A stretch of DNA of 64,000 nucleotides from Bdellovibrionales bacterium. GTDB lineage: Bacteria; Bdellovibrionota; Bdellovibrionia; Bdellovibrionales; UBA1609. Location: positions 320,001-384,000 of the forward strand of contig OZ241877.1 of assembly GCA_965203095.1 (NCBI GenBank), given 5' to 3'. Made by a program: the position numbers and the translations under genes. The notes beneath the pieces are model-generated. The model was not told the origin of the DNA. It searched no databases and saw only the letters and a list, made by a program, of their open reading frames with translations. This document shows, piece by piece, positions 38,164 through 48,368 of this stretch; the stretch's first letter is position 1, and every line of letters starts with the position of its first letter.

Positions 38164-39555
38164 ATGGAATTTATGGAAAAATCGCAAACTGAGCAGATTC
38201 AAAAGGGAAAAAGCTTGAAAAAGTTTTTAAAAGCAGGGGAGAACCAAAAAACTATCCTTTCCACTCTAAAAAGCCTGGGAAGACTTCCTGAAAATTTTGA
38301 TGACAGCTGGGTCCAGCCTTTGTCTTTTGACAAGAATCAGAAAGTTCGGCTTTGGGCAATAAAAACTTTAGGTAAATCAAAAAATAAAAAGAACCTCAAG
38401 CTTTTAGAAAAAGTGGCAAGAAAAGACAAATCAACAGAAGTTAGAAGAGAAGCCGTCTCCTCCATAGGCCGGTTAAAAGATAAAACAGCAATCCCCATTT
38501 TGTTAAAGTTCTTAAATGATACAGATCCAAAAATTGTCCTACAAGCCATCAGAGGTTTGCTTGTTTTTAAAAAAGAACAGGAAGTTTTTAAACAGCTAAA
38601 AAAACTGTTAAAGCACCCTAATGAGATAGTTCAAAAAGTTATGGAAAGGGAATGTTTTTTAAAAAACAAACAAATAACCACTAACAAACAAAGCCATGCA
38701 AAATCCCACAGTTTTTTAAAAAACATGATTGTTTTAGGTGATGTGAGAGAAGTCTTAAAACATACTCCGGACGAGAGCTTTCATCTGACTTTTACTTCTC
38801 CCCCTTATTACAATGCGAGAGACTACTCCATTTATAAAAGCTATGCGGAATATTTAATTTTTTTAAAAGAGGTGTTTTCTCTCACACATCAAAAAACTAA
38901 AGAGGGGCGGTTTTTGATAGTTAATACTTCCCCTGTTATTCTGCCAAGAGTTAGCCGGCACCATTCCAGCAAACGGTATCCCATACCTTTTGACATTCAC
39001 AGTTTTTTAACAAAAATGGGCTGGGAGTTTATTGACGATATTATATGGGAAAAGCCAGAATCCAGTGTTAAAAACAGAACAGCAGGCTTTGGGCAACATC
39101 GAAAACCTTTGGCCTACAAACCCAACCCTGTCACAGAATACCTTATGGTCTATAGGAAACAAACTGACAAATTGATAGACTGGAACATTCGCCAATACGA
39201 CAAAGCCACAGTCCATAACAGCAAAGTCAAAGGAGCTTATGAAACTTCAAATGTATGGAAGATTGATCCCAAGCATGATAAAATTCATTCAGCAGTTTTT
39301 CCGGTGGGCTTATGCGAAAGGGTTATAAAATATTATTCCTTTGAGAAGGATTTGGTTTTTGACCCTTTTGCGGGAAGCGGGACTTTGGGCCGGGTGGCTA
39401 AAAAGCTCAATCGCTATTTTTTTCTTACTGAAAAAGATTTGAAATATTTTAATTATATGAAAACATTTTTTTCAGAAGAAAGAGATTTATTTGATAAAAA
39501 CTTTTCCAGTGTTTTTTTAAACTTAAATGAATATATAAAAGCTGTTGAGAAATGA
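38164..39555 (+). CDS. HEAT-repeat-fused beta-class DNA methyltransferase (probably N4-C)
   Basis: HEAT/PBS-lyase repeats (VRLWAIKTLG, VRREAVSSIG, IVLQAIRGL), then TSPPY, HSAVFP, DPFAGSGT. Confidence 0.88.
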   Translation: MEFMEKSQTEQIQKGKSLKKFLKAGENQKTILSTLKSLGRLPENFDDSWVQPLSFDKNQKVRLWAIKTLGKSKNKKNLKLLEKVARKDKSTEVRREAVSSIGRLKDKTAIPILLKFLNDTDPKIVLQAIRGLLVFKKEQEVFKQLKKLLKHPNEIVQKVMERECFLKNKQITTNKQSHAKSHSFLKNMIVLGDVREVLKHTPDESFHLTFTSPPYYNARDYSIYKSYAEYLIFLKEVFSLTHQKTKEGRFLIVNTSPVILPRVSRHHSSKRYPIPFDIHSFLTKMGWEFIDDIIWEKPESSVKNRTAGFGQHRKPLAYKPNPVTEYLMVYRKQTDKLIDWNIRQYDKATVHNSKVKGAYETSNVWKIDPKHDKIHSAVFPVGLCERVIKYYSFEKDLVFDPFAGSGTLGRVAKKLNRYFFLTEKDLKYFNYMKTFFSEERDLFDKNFSSVFLNLNEYIKAVEK

Positions 39556-40460
39556 AGCTCACTCAACAAGTTGTTAAAATTATTATTAAAAAACTTCTCA
39601 AAGGTCAAGATTATAGAATAGAAATTATCAATCTCATCAACTCTGAATTTTTGCATTTTGCAATAAGTTTTTTTAAAAAAGTTATTGACTCCAAGTTAAG
39701 CAATCAAAAAGTAACAGTGGATTGGTATAGAAAAGAATTTTTAAATCCCAAACTCCCAGCAAAAGAGATAGCTATAAATTCTGGTTTAAATATGAAAACA
39801 ATCAGCAACATGTTTAACTCAGGCAAAAAAGAAATAGTAATAGATGCCTCTAAAGAGCATTATAACACTCTATATAAATCAATTAAAAATTTGGTTGAGA
39901 CAGAAGAGGAGTTTGAGCTGAAGCTCACTTTAAAACTCAATAATGTCAGTGTGGACTTAAACATAAGCGAAACTTTAGTTGTTATCAACACCCTGGCTGT
40001 AAAAAGAGCAGAATTGAGAGGAGGCTTGTGGAGCTCTGCTGGAAAAAGAGTCGAAAAACCTTTAATGCAAACTTTATGCAAACTTTATAATGTTTCGCCT
40101 GAGAATTATAGAGAAGGACCTGTGAAAACAAGCAGAACAAATAATTTTATAAGAGAAGTTGATTTTTACTTAATTAGCGATAAAGAATATAAATGTGAAG
40201 TGAAACTAATGGGAAAAGGCAATCCCGAAAGTGCTGATGTTGTTATTGCGAGAGAAAGCAAAGTTTTTATAGCTGATAAACTGTCTGCCACAAATAAAAA
40301 ACAGTTAGACAAGCTGGGTGTAGAGTGGCTAACTTTGAGAGAAAAAGATGGCTTTCAAAAATTTAAAAAAATACTGAAGAATTTGAATATTCCCTTTAAT
40401 GACGAAAAACTTAAGAAAAAGGAATTTTATATTGAAAAAATTTTGAATGAAATATTTTAA
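39552..40460 (+). CDS. Type II restriction endonuclease, CfrBI-like
   Basis: ATGA overlap with MTase; NTLAVKRAELRGGLWS, REVDFYL, CEVKLMGKGNPESAD. Confidence 0.75.
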   Translation: MKLTQQVVKIIIKKLLKGQDYRIEIINLINSEFLHFAISFFKKVIDSKLSNQKVTVDWYRKEFLNPKLPAKEIAINSGLNMKTISNMFNSGKKEIVIDASKEHYNTLYKSIKNLVETEEEFELKLTLKLNNVSVDLNISETLVVINTLAVKRAELRGGLWSSAGKRVEKPLMQTLCKLYNVSPENYREGPVKTSRTNNFIREVDFYLISDKEYKCEVKLMGKGNPESADVVIARESKVFIADKLSATNKKQLDKLGVEWLTLREKDGFQKFKKILKNLNIPFNDEKLKKKEFYIEKILNEIF

Positions 40461-40622
40461 CTTTTTGAATTTCAGCCTATAGTCTCATAAAAACAATGCC
40501 TCTACTTAGTTCTCCGAGAAAAATCTTGAGGAGCTTTTTGGAAAGAACAAACTTTTTCCCTCATAGCATCTTTTCTATTCACCTTTGCTTTAAAAATTTT
40601 TCAAGCTCTTCTTTAAATTTTT

Positions 40623-41609
40623 CTATAACAAACAAAGATTCTGGCTTTGTAGCTCATCGCTTAGCCTCTTTTTAATGTGGTAGATACTTATATGATGACA
40701 GTTATGAGTCGTCACATGGCTATAATTTTTCCAGTTTGCATTTTTTATTATCTGTTTTATTTTGGTTTTATTTTTTTTTAAAATAAAACCGTAGCCACAG
40801 GTGTAATTGACTTTAGAAAAACAGCGGACAATTTTAGGGGGCTGAGTAAAAAATGTTCTTTGCAAAAAGAAGTCTGCTTTCTTCATCTTTTCCTGCCCGC
40901 AAAGCCTCTCTTTCCTGTTGTCTACTGTAAAAATGTCCACTTGATCAGACAAATCCTTCAGTTTTTCTTTTACATTTTCCCCTTTCTCCCATATTTGCCA
41001 CAGTGTGTTTAATTTCACGGTTTTTCCTGATGAATTTTCAAATACCCCATTAGGCAATTTCTCAGAATGAGCTAATCTCAAGCCCTTTATTCTCAATTTT
41101 GGTGAGCCTCTAACCTCACTTTGAAAAGACATAGGCAGAATAAAACCAACATAATCTGAAAAAATAGCGGAATGGTTTAAAAACTTTATAGCCAGCCAAC
41201 CCCTATATCCAAAGGGCGGATTGCCTAAGCAAATATATCTGCTCCCTTTCGCACCTTGCCAAGTGAGGAAATCCCTTTTTATTATGCCCTTTCCTTTAGG
41301 ATCAACATCCATACCTAAGCTTTTTCTTGGGAATAATTTTAAAAAATCCCCTCTCCCGGCACTGGGCTCTAAAAAAACATAGGAGCTTAATTTGACTTTT
41401 CTTTTTTTGAGAAAAGCTATCATTGAGTTAAAGCAGTATCGGGCTATATCCGGCTTTGTGTAAAATTGATCCAAATCAAAATGTTTTAAGGCCCAGTCAG
41501 GGATGATTTTCTCTTTTTTCCACACAGCCAATAGTCGCTCCTCTTTAGAAAGTCGCCGGCATGAAATATCTTTGTCTAATGAAAACTCTAACTGCAAGAT
41601 GCCCTCCAA
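40623..41609 (-). CDS. SAM-dependent N6-adenine DNA methyltransferase-like (gamma class)
   Basis: DQFYT, EPSAGRG (motif I), GNPPFG (motif IV), GFILPMSF. Confidence 0.8.
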   Translation of the reverse strand: MEGILQLEFSLDKDISCRRLSKEERLLAVWKKEKIIPDWALKHFDLDQFYTKPDIARYCFNSMIAFLKKRKVKLSSYVFLEPSAGRGDFLKLFPRKSLGMDVDPKGKGIIKRDFLTWQGAKGSRYICLGNPPFGYRGWLAIKFLNHSAIFSDYVGFILPMSFQSEVRGSPKLRIKGLRLAHSEKLPNGVFENSSGKTVKLNTLWQIWEKGENVKEKLKDLSDQVDIFTVDNRKERLCGQEKMKKADFFLQRTFFTQPPKIVRCFSKVNYTCGYGFILKKNKTKIKQIIKNANWKNYSHVTTHNCHHISIYHIKKRLSDELQSQNLCLL

Positions 41610-41956
41610 AAACCGACTTGGTGCTTTATAATACTATTGATTCCTTTTAAGTTTTCAAGTGCTTTTATAAAAGGGGATAACCTTAAGACCTGTTTTTTGG
41701 GAATTATTGCCTCTATATCTAAGCTTCTCCAGCCTCCCTCAACCCCATTCAAATCTCAAAAAATAAGGAAACAAGCTGGATTTTAACATGTTGCACAGTA
41801 AAATTCGCCATTTTAGTCCTTGATTTTTTAAGGATTTGTGTATCTCTTTGAAGGAGGATACATCACAATGAGAACCAGAATCGTTCAATAACCTAAAGCT
41901 TTTTTATATAAAAATGTTGGAAAAAAGCCAGCTTAAGTCACCATGAACCTACTATA

Positions 41957-42091
41957 TCACAGTGTGAAGTCTGTTTGTTATTTAAAAAAGGAAAAATTCC
42001 AACTCCCAGAGGGGCTAGGAATATAAAGCAATTAATAAAAAGTAAAAGAAGTAAAACACACAGCAGAAAACCAGAAGAGGCTAGAAAAAGA
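41957..42091 (+). pseudogene. Duplicated internal fragment of the MT-A70 gene
   Basis: Near-identical to 36820-36954 (SQCEVCLLFKKGKIP...HSRKPEEARKR). Confidence 0.85.
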
Positions 42092-42094
42092 TAT

Positions 42095-42609
42095 GAATAC
42101 GAAAAGCGGACTGAACTGTCTCTTCTCTCAGGTCCAAATTTGCAGGACGCCTTTTAAGGCTTTTGAAATAACCAGAGGGACTAACACCAATAGCTTGACA
42201 AGCTCTTTTAACAGCTAGATATTTTGGCTTATGTTTAAAGATAAATTTGTGTTTCATTTTGCATTTTCCTTTGAAAAAAAAGCCGTGGCTTTTTTTAAAA
42301 ACTCCACTACGGCCTTTTCCTCAGCCAAAGCTTTTTTGAGCCTTTTGACTTCCATTTGAAGACGAAAAACATCTTGTGACTTTTCAACGGGGAAGTTCTT
42401 TTTCGCTTTCCACCGATGAAGACTATTCACATGAATGCCTAATTTTTCGGATGCCGGACCTGCTCCTATCTTCTCCGCTAATTTAACAGCATCAGCCTTA
42501 AAATCCGGGGCAAACCGTCTCCTCCTTATCGTTTTTTTCATCATTCCTCCTTTTTAAAGTTAGTGTTAAATCACACCTTAAAAAGAGTCCACTTTTTTCC
42601 CTCAGTCCA
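42095..42609 (-). mobile_element. IS3-family remnant: orfA (42254-42544), A7G frameshift motif, truncated orfB
   Basis: RRRFAPDFKADAVKL...LKKATAFF OrfA; AAAAAAAG slippery site; IR TGGACTGAGGGAAAAAAGTGGAC starting at 42609; related end CTGTCTCTTCTCTCAGGTCCA at 42117-42137. Confidence 0.8.
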
Positions 42610-42657
42610 GACTGTTTAAGGTTTTGTTGCGAGAAAAACAGGTCCTTTTACAGAGGA

Positions 42658-43953
42658 TTAAAATAAGTTTTTTGAGTTAATAGTTTGCGATCGGGAAGGG
42701 CCCACAGAGATCCAATCTATGGGAATATTCAACTCTTTGCTGATAAAATGAATGTAATCTTTAACAGCTGAGGGGAGATTTTTTTGAGTTCGGATCTGGC
42801 TCAAATCCTCCCTCCAACCTTTAAAAGTTTTGTAAATGGGCTGAGCTTTTTCAAAATCCGAAGGGGAAGAGAGAAGAGACTTTGTTTTCCCCTCCTTTGT
42901 TTGATAGGCCACACAAATTTTTATTTCCTTTAAGCCCGTCAAAACATCTAACTTCATTAAGGCCAAACTTTTTGCAGAATTTAAACGAAGGGCATACCTT
43001 AAGGCCGGTAGATCCAGCCAACCACAGCGTCTTTTTCGCCCTGTGGTGGCTCCAAACTCTTTGCCTTTTGTTAACAAATGAGAGCCTGCCGGTTCTTTTT
43101 TACACTCTGTGGGGAGGGGGCCTGATCCCACACGAGTCACATAAGCTTTGGCCACAGCAATTGTTTTTTTGAAATGATGAAGGCCCAATCCAGAATAAGC
43201 CAAAGCCCCGCCAGACAGAGTGGAGGAACTAGTCACATAAGGATAAGTCCCATAAAACAGATCCAGCAGAGCACCTTGTGCCCCTTCAAATAAAATTTTT
43301 TTATTTTTTTGAAGGGCTGTCCACAGCAAGGAGGGCATATTCCCACAACGATAGGGCCTTAAAATATTTTGGCAGTTTTTGATCTTTTCAAAAGTTTTTT
43401 CTATGGGAGGGGGCGTTTGGCCATAATGGGATAAAAGAGCATAAACTTCCTGAGCCTCACTTTTTAATTTTTTGAGTAGAACGGAATCCTTTTCAAACAG
43501 ATCGGCAAAAAGCAAAGCTTTGCGAGCGGAGCGTCTTTCATAAGCCGGACCCACCCCCCGGCCAGTGGTTCCAATTTTAGAAGGCCCCGCCTCAGCCTCA
43601 CGAGCTTGATCCAACTGCTTATGATGATCTAAAAGCAGAGTGGCGGATTGAGAGATCAGCAACTGGCTGTCTTGCTGTAGTTTGCCCATTTTTTTTAAAT
43701 TTTGGATCTCCTCACAAAGGGCTGAAATATCTAAAGCGATCCCGCCGGAAATAAGGCATTGAACATGAGGATGCAAAATAGCTGAAGGAATCAGATGAAC
43801 CACTATCTTTTTCCCCTCAACATTGAGGCTGTGCCCCGCATTAGCTCCGCCCTGGTAGCGAACAGCAAAATCCATTTCTGAGGACAGGATATCTACCAGT
43901 TTTCCCTTCCCCTCATCTCCCCATTGAGAACCCACCACAATTAGAGCTGGCAC
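42658..43953 (-). CDS. purA: Adenylosuccinate synthetase
   Basis: QWGDEGKGK, GGANAGH, EGAQG, GTYPYVTSS, GATTGRKRRCGWLD. Confidence 0.97.
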   Translation of the reverse strand: MPALIVVGSQWGDEGKGKLVDILSSEMDFAVRYQGGANAGHSLNVEGKKIVVHLIPSAILHPHVQCLISGGIALDISALCEEIQNLKKMGKLQQDSQLLISQSATLLLDHHKQLDQAREAEAGPSKIGTTGRGVGPAYERRSARKALLFADLFEKDSVLLKKLKSEAQEVYALLSHYGQTPPPIEKTFEKIKNCQNILRPYRCGNMPSLLWTALQKNKKILFEGAQGALLDLFYGTYPYVTSSSTLSGGALAYSGLGLHHFKKTIAVAKAYVTRVGSGPLPTECKKEPAGSHLLTKGKEFGATTGRKRRCGWLDLPALRYALRLNSAKSLALMKLDVLTGLKEIKICVAYQTKEGKTKSLLSSPSDFEKAQPIYKTFKGWREDLSQIRTQKNLPSAVKDYIHFISKELNIPIDWISVGPSRSQTINSKNLF

Positions 43954-44052
43954 GTTTTCTCCTTTATAGGAAGGCCAAAGTATCTTGCCTCCATCTGGTT
44001 GGGCTTTGGCTTGTGCAATTTATTAAATATAGGCTTGTTCATAAGCTCAGTG

Positions 44053-45675
44053 TTATCCTTTACCACAAGTTTCTATAAAGTTCACAAACAGAGGATGAGG
44101 TGCTGTGGGCTTAGATTGGAACTCAGGATGAAATTGCACTCCAATAAACCAAGGGTGAGATGGTATTTCTAAAATTTCCACCAGCTCCTTGTTGTTTTGG
44201 CTATGCCCGGCAATTCTCATCCCCTCTTGTTCAAACTGTTCCGCAAATTTAAAATTGAACTCATAGCGATGGCGATGCCGCTCCTCCACCAGATCTTTGT
44301 TGTAAATTTTTCTGCTTTTTGAGCCTTTGATGAGAGCACAGCTGTAAGCTCCTAATCGCATATTTCCCCCTTTGTAGGATAGAGATTTTTGATTGGGCAT
44401 GTAATCTATCACAAAGTCTGCTGGTTCTTTTATAAAATCAAACTCGCGACTCACCGCGTTTTTGAGTTGGCAAACATTTCTTGCAAACTCTACAACAGCC
44501 ATTTGCATACCCAAACAGATACCAAAAAAAGGAATAGAGTTTTCCCGGCAATATTGAATGGCTTTGAGTTTGCCATCAATACCCCGATCTCCAAAACCAC
44601 CGGGGACCAAAATGCCAGACATGGATTTTAATTCTGAAAAAGAAAGCTTTTTTTCAGAATCAACATGCTGAACATTCACTTTGAACTGGCTGGACAATCC
44701 TCCATGAGTTAGAGCTTCATGTATGGATTGGTAGCTGTCTTTTAAATGGACATATTTACCAACTAATCCTACAGTGATTTCTTTTTTAGGGTGTTTGATT
44801 TTTTTTACAAGATTTTTCCAGTGGGAGAGTTTTGCAGAAGAGGCTTTTAAGCTCATTTTTTGAATAAGTTTTTCATCCAGTTTTTCCTTGTTTAAAAAAA
44901 GAGGAATTTCATAAATACTTTGGGCGTCTTGAACGGGAATTACATTTTCCACAGGCAAGCTGGAGAAGAGGGCCAGTTTTTCCTTCAGCTCTTCGTTTAG
45001 GCTCTCTGCACTTCGGCAAATTAAGAAATCAGGTTGAAGCCCAACCTCTCTTAAAGATTTTACAGAGTGCTGGCTGGGTTTGCTTTTAAATTCTCCAGCT
45101 GAAGGGATAAAAGGAATAAAAGTGACATGGGCAAAAATGGTGCTTGCTGGGCCTTTTTCAATTCGTATTTGCCGAATGGCCTCAATAAAAGGGAGCCCCT
45201 CAATATCCCCCACAGTCCCGCCAATTTCAACTACAGTGATTTGAGCATTTTGAGAGCCTTTAAAGATCCGTTTTTTTATCTCGTTTGTGATATGGGGAAT
45301 CACTTGCACTGTGCGTCCTAAGTAGTCCCCTCGTCGTTCTTTGTCTATAACTGTTTGATAAACTTGCCCAGCAGTAATGCTGTGGTTTTTGCTGAGGGCC
45401 AGATTGGTGAATCTTTCATAATGTCCTAAGTCCAAATCCGTTTCCGCCCCATCACTTGTCACATAAACTTCCCCGTGTTGAAAAGGAGAGAGAGTTCCCG
45501 GATCCACATTGATATAAGGGTCACATTTTACAATGCTGACCTTAAAGCCCCTGGCCTCTAATAAAGTGGCTAAACTGGCAGATACTAAGCCCTTCCCCAC
45601 TGAAGACACCACTCCACCTGTGACAAAAATGAATTTTTCAGATGAATTTTTGGCTAAAGCCATTAGAGATTCCAA
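44053..45675 (-). CDS. pyrG: CTP synthase
   Basis: TGGVVSSVGKG, PFQHGEV, DLDLGHYERF, GICLGMQ, ERHRHRYE, QFHPEF. Confidence 0.98.
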   Translation of the reverse strand: MESLMALAKNSSEKFIFVTGGVVSSVGKGLVSASLATLLEARGFKVSIVKCDPYINVDPGTLSPFQHGEVYVTSDGAETDLDLGHYERFTNLALSKNHSITAGQVYQTVIDKERRGDYLGRTVQVIPHITNEIKKRIFKGSQNAQITVVEIGGTVGDIEGLPFIEAIRQIRIEKGPASTIFAHVTFIPFIPSAGEFKSKPSQHSVKSLREVGLQPDFLICRSAESLNEELKEKLALFSSLPVENVIPVQDAQSIYEIPLFLNKEKLDEKLIQKMSLKASSAKLSHWKNLVKKIKHPKKEITVGLVGKYVHLKDSYQSIHEALTHGGLSSQFKVNVQHVDSEKKLSFSELKSMSGILVPGGFGDRGIDGKLKAIQYCRENSIPFFGICLGMQMAVVEFARNVCQLKNAVSREFDFIKEPADFVIDYMPNQKSLSYKGGNMRLGAYSCALIKGSKSRKIYNKDLVEERHRHRYEFNFKFAEQFEQEGMRIAGHSQNNKELVEILEIPSHPWFIGVQFHPEFQSKPTAPHPLFVNFIETCGKG

Positions 45676-45678
45676 AAA

Positions 45679-47358
45679 TTAAAAAGCTTGAAAAAAAGCC
45701 AGTGTGAAATCATAGTTTCGTTTGTTTTGTTTATCTAAACCGGTCCCTATATCTAAACGGAGTTTTATGTCATAATTGGGGGGAATGCCCAACCGGAGGC
45801 CCGCCCCATAATCCACCACAAAACCTTTGAAAGAATCCCCATAGCCAAAAAGACTGAGCAAGCGAAACAGATTGTCAGAAGAAAAACCCTTAAAGGAATC
45901 CTTATATTTTACCACTTCGCCCAACTCTAAAAACAGAACTCCAGAAAGATATTTTTCCCATAAGGGGAGGCGAATTTCCGATTGAGCAAAATACATTTTA
46001 TCACCGCGGAAACGATTGTGTTTAAAACCTCTTAAAGTTTTTAAGTCTTTTTGAAAGGGGTTGTCCCCACTGAGGCTGTAGCCCAAGGAGTAAGAGGCAG
46101 GAGATAAAAAGGAAGAACCAGCAAAAGCCCTTAAGGCCCAAACAGAGTTTTTAAAAATGTTCGGCCAGCTCATAGCCTTAAACAAAGACAGATAAAATCG
46201 TAAATCCACATCCCCACGGCAGTAAGAGGAAAGGGGCCGGCAACCTAAGGATAACCGGTGAAATGAACCGGATTGAGGGGACTTCCAGTTGTCCCGGCTG
46301 TCATAACCTGCAAAGGCTCTTAAAAAAACGAAAAGCTCATCTTCAAAGTGTTTTTCCTCGTTTTGTTTTTTGTGCTCTTTTCTAAAAAAAAGCCGTGCCC
46401 CTAAACCACCGTAAAAGTTCTGGTTATCTGCCTGGTAAGAGAAATTATAATCCACCATAAAACGTTGAGCAACCAGCTTTATGACATTGGAAAACTCAGT
46501 CTCCATCCCTTCACCAAAGTAGTTTTCGTAGTGATTGTCGTAAATGGCCATAGCTTCTGATCGGAAAACTTTTTTGCGATGGCCGATATAGAGCATTCTC
46601 CATCTGTAATAAGGGCCGGATAGGTATTTAGAGCCTTCTGCAGAAAAATAAAAGCCTTTTTTAGATGAAGAATAAGACGAAAACCTCAAGCCCAAAAGGG
46701 AACCTTGGCTTTTATTATAAAAATAAAGGGGGATGAGGGCGATTTTGTAAGGGGTCTTTTTTTTCTGAAAAAACCAGGAGACATTTTCCAGCCAGTTGTC
46801 AAAAAAAGATTCTGATTCATCTGTTTGTGGGGCAAAATTTTCCGATGGGTTCTGCTTTGCTGTCTTATCATCTTCTTCTTCATTTACAGGCATTATAGTG
46901 GAACTTGCGGGGCTGATCTCAGTTGTAGAACTGGTTGTGGAGCTTGCAGGGCTGGCCTCAGTTGTAGAACTGGTTGTGGGACCTACAGGGCTGATTTCCG
47001 TTGAACTGGTTTTTGCAGAGCTTGCAGGGCTGGTTGTGGAGCTTACAGGGCTGGCCTCAGTTGTAGAACTGGTTGTGGGACCTACAGGGCTGATTTCCGT
47101 TGAACTGGTTTTTGCAGAGCTTGTAGGGCTGGTTGTGGAACTTGCAGGGCTGGGTTCAGTTTTAGAACTGGTCTTTGAGATGGCTTTTTGAGATTGTGTT
47201 TTTTCTACCGGAGGTAAGGGCGACTGAGGAGAGGGCAAGACTTTTTCTTCATTAGTGGGGACTGTGGCTTTATTTTCGGCAAAAGCCCAAGAAGATCCCA
47301 TTAGGGAACAGAAAATAAAAATTTTTAACCAATAAGACATCAAGAATAGAAGAAACAC
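45679..47358 (-). CDS. Omp85/BamA-TamA-like outer membrane beta-barrel with Ser/Thr/Pro-rich N-terminus
   Basis: Signal peptide; YDSRD, LRGFKHNRFRG loop motif, YGAGLR, terminal Phe; no POTRA-length region. Confidence 0.75.
   Translation of the reverse strand: MFLLFLMSYWLKIFIFCSLMGSSWAFAENKATVPTNEEKVLPSPQSPLPPVEKTQSQKAISKTSSKTEPSPASSTTSPTSSAKTSSTEISPVGPTTSSTTEASPVSSTTSPASSAKTSSTEISPVGPTTSSTTEASPASSTTSSTTEISPASSTIMPVNEEEDDKTAKQNPSENFAPQTDESESFFDNWLENVSWFFQKKKTPYKIALIPLYFYNKSQGSLLGLRFSSYSSSKKGFYFSAEGSKYLSGPYYRWRMLYIGHRKKVFRSEAMAIYDNHYENYFGEGMETEFSNVIKLVAQRFMVDYNFSYQADNQNFYGGLGARLFFRKEHKKQNEEKHFEDELFVFLRAFAGYDSRDNWKSPQSGSFHRLSLGCRPLSSYCRGDVDLRFYLSLFKAMSWPNIFKNSVWALRAFAGSSFLSPASYSLGYSLSGDNPFQKDLKTLRGFKHNRFRGDKMYFAQSEIRLPLWEKYLSGVLFLELGEVVKYKDSFKGFSSDNLFRLLSLFGYGDSFKGFVVDYGAGLRLGIPPNYDIKLRLDIGTGLDKQNKRNYDFTLAFFQAF
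46895..47165 (-). repeat. Coding tandem repeat (99-bp/33-aa period plus shorter SSTT subrepeats)
   Basis: gctggcctcagttgtagaactggttgtgggacc at 46951 and 47050. Confidence 0.85.
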
Positions 47359-47487
47359 AAAAAAAGTTATTTTGTCACTATTTTTTTATAAAATTTATAC
47401 TGTTAGCCTAAAAAGTATGAAAAATAACACCTAAACCAGTGTCCATTTTTACACTTTGTCTTATCATTAAGTCAACTGTTTAAAAAA

Positions 47488-48348
47488 CTAAATCGATACT
47501 GAGGACATATTAGAAAGGCAGGCCAAGTGCAGGCCATTTTTAAGCAGTCCGGCGATAGTCATTGGCCCCACACCGCCGGGAACAGGACTTAAGGCAAAAA
47601 GATGGCCATCCAAGCCCTCCCTCCGGACATCCCCATAAAGTTTTTGACCTTCCCTATAAATACCCACATCCACAACCACCCCTCCTTTTTTTAAGTCCTC
47701 TTTGCCCAAAAGCCCTTTTTTACCAGTGCAAAGCACAACAATATCTGCTGTTCGTGAAAGAGCGGGCAAGTCTCTCGTTTGGGAGTGTGCCACCGTCACT
47801 GTCGCTTGATGAGAGAGCAACTGCTGAAACAAAGGCAAACCCACAATCTGACTTCGCCCCACAACAAGTGCCTTTTGCCCTTTTATAGGAATATCATAGT
47901 GCTTAAGTAAATCCATTATCCCTTGAACTGTGCAGGGGATCACTCTGGGCTGGCCGGACCAAAAAAGGGCTTTGTTCTCCAAAGTCAAACCGTCAACATC
48001 CTTTTTGGGATCTATCCAGGACAAAATTTCTTTTTCATTAAAATCAGGAGGAAGAGGCAGTTGAATTAAAATGCCATGGATATTTTTATCATTATTTAAC
48101 TGCTCTACATGTTTTTTTAAATCCATTTTAGAAATGCTTTGAGGGCATTTTTTTAAAACAGAATAAAAACCCACTTGCTGGCAGGCTCTTATTTTATTTT
48201 TGACATAGATGGCACTGGCCGGATCATCCCCAAGTAAAATCACAGCCAAACCGGGAGGCCGAGATTGTTTCTTCTTAAACTCCTCCACTTCTATTGAGAT
48301 TTTTTGCAAGATCTCTTGGCTAAGTTTTTTTCCGTCTAAAAGTTTCAT
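47488..48348 (-). CDS. folD: Methylenetetrahydrofolate dehydrogenase/cyclohydrolase
   Basis: YVKNK, GILIQLPLP, KDVDG, GRSQIVG, PVPGGVGPMT. Confidence 0.97.
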   Translation of the reverse strand: MKLLDGKKLSQEILQKISIEVEEFKKKQSRPPGLAVILLGDDPASAIYVKNKIRACQQVGFYSVLKKCPQSISKMDLKKHVEQLNNDKNIHGILIQLPLPPDFNEKEILSWIDPKKDVDGLTLENKALFWSGQPRVIPCTVQGIMDLLKHYDIPIKGQKALVVGRSQIVGLPLFQQLLSHQATVTVAHSQTRDLPALSRTADIVVLCTGKKGLLGKEDLKKGGVVVDVGIYREGQKLYGDVRREGLDGHLFALSPVPGGVGPMTIAGLLKNGLHLACLSNMSSVSI

Positions 48349-48368
48349 ATTGGTTTTTCTGGAAAATT

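Noticed and set aside
46796..47191. 131-aa VVELAGL-repeat ORF
   Set aside because: Antisense of the S/T/P repeat region of the Omp85 gene.
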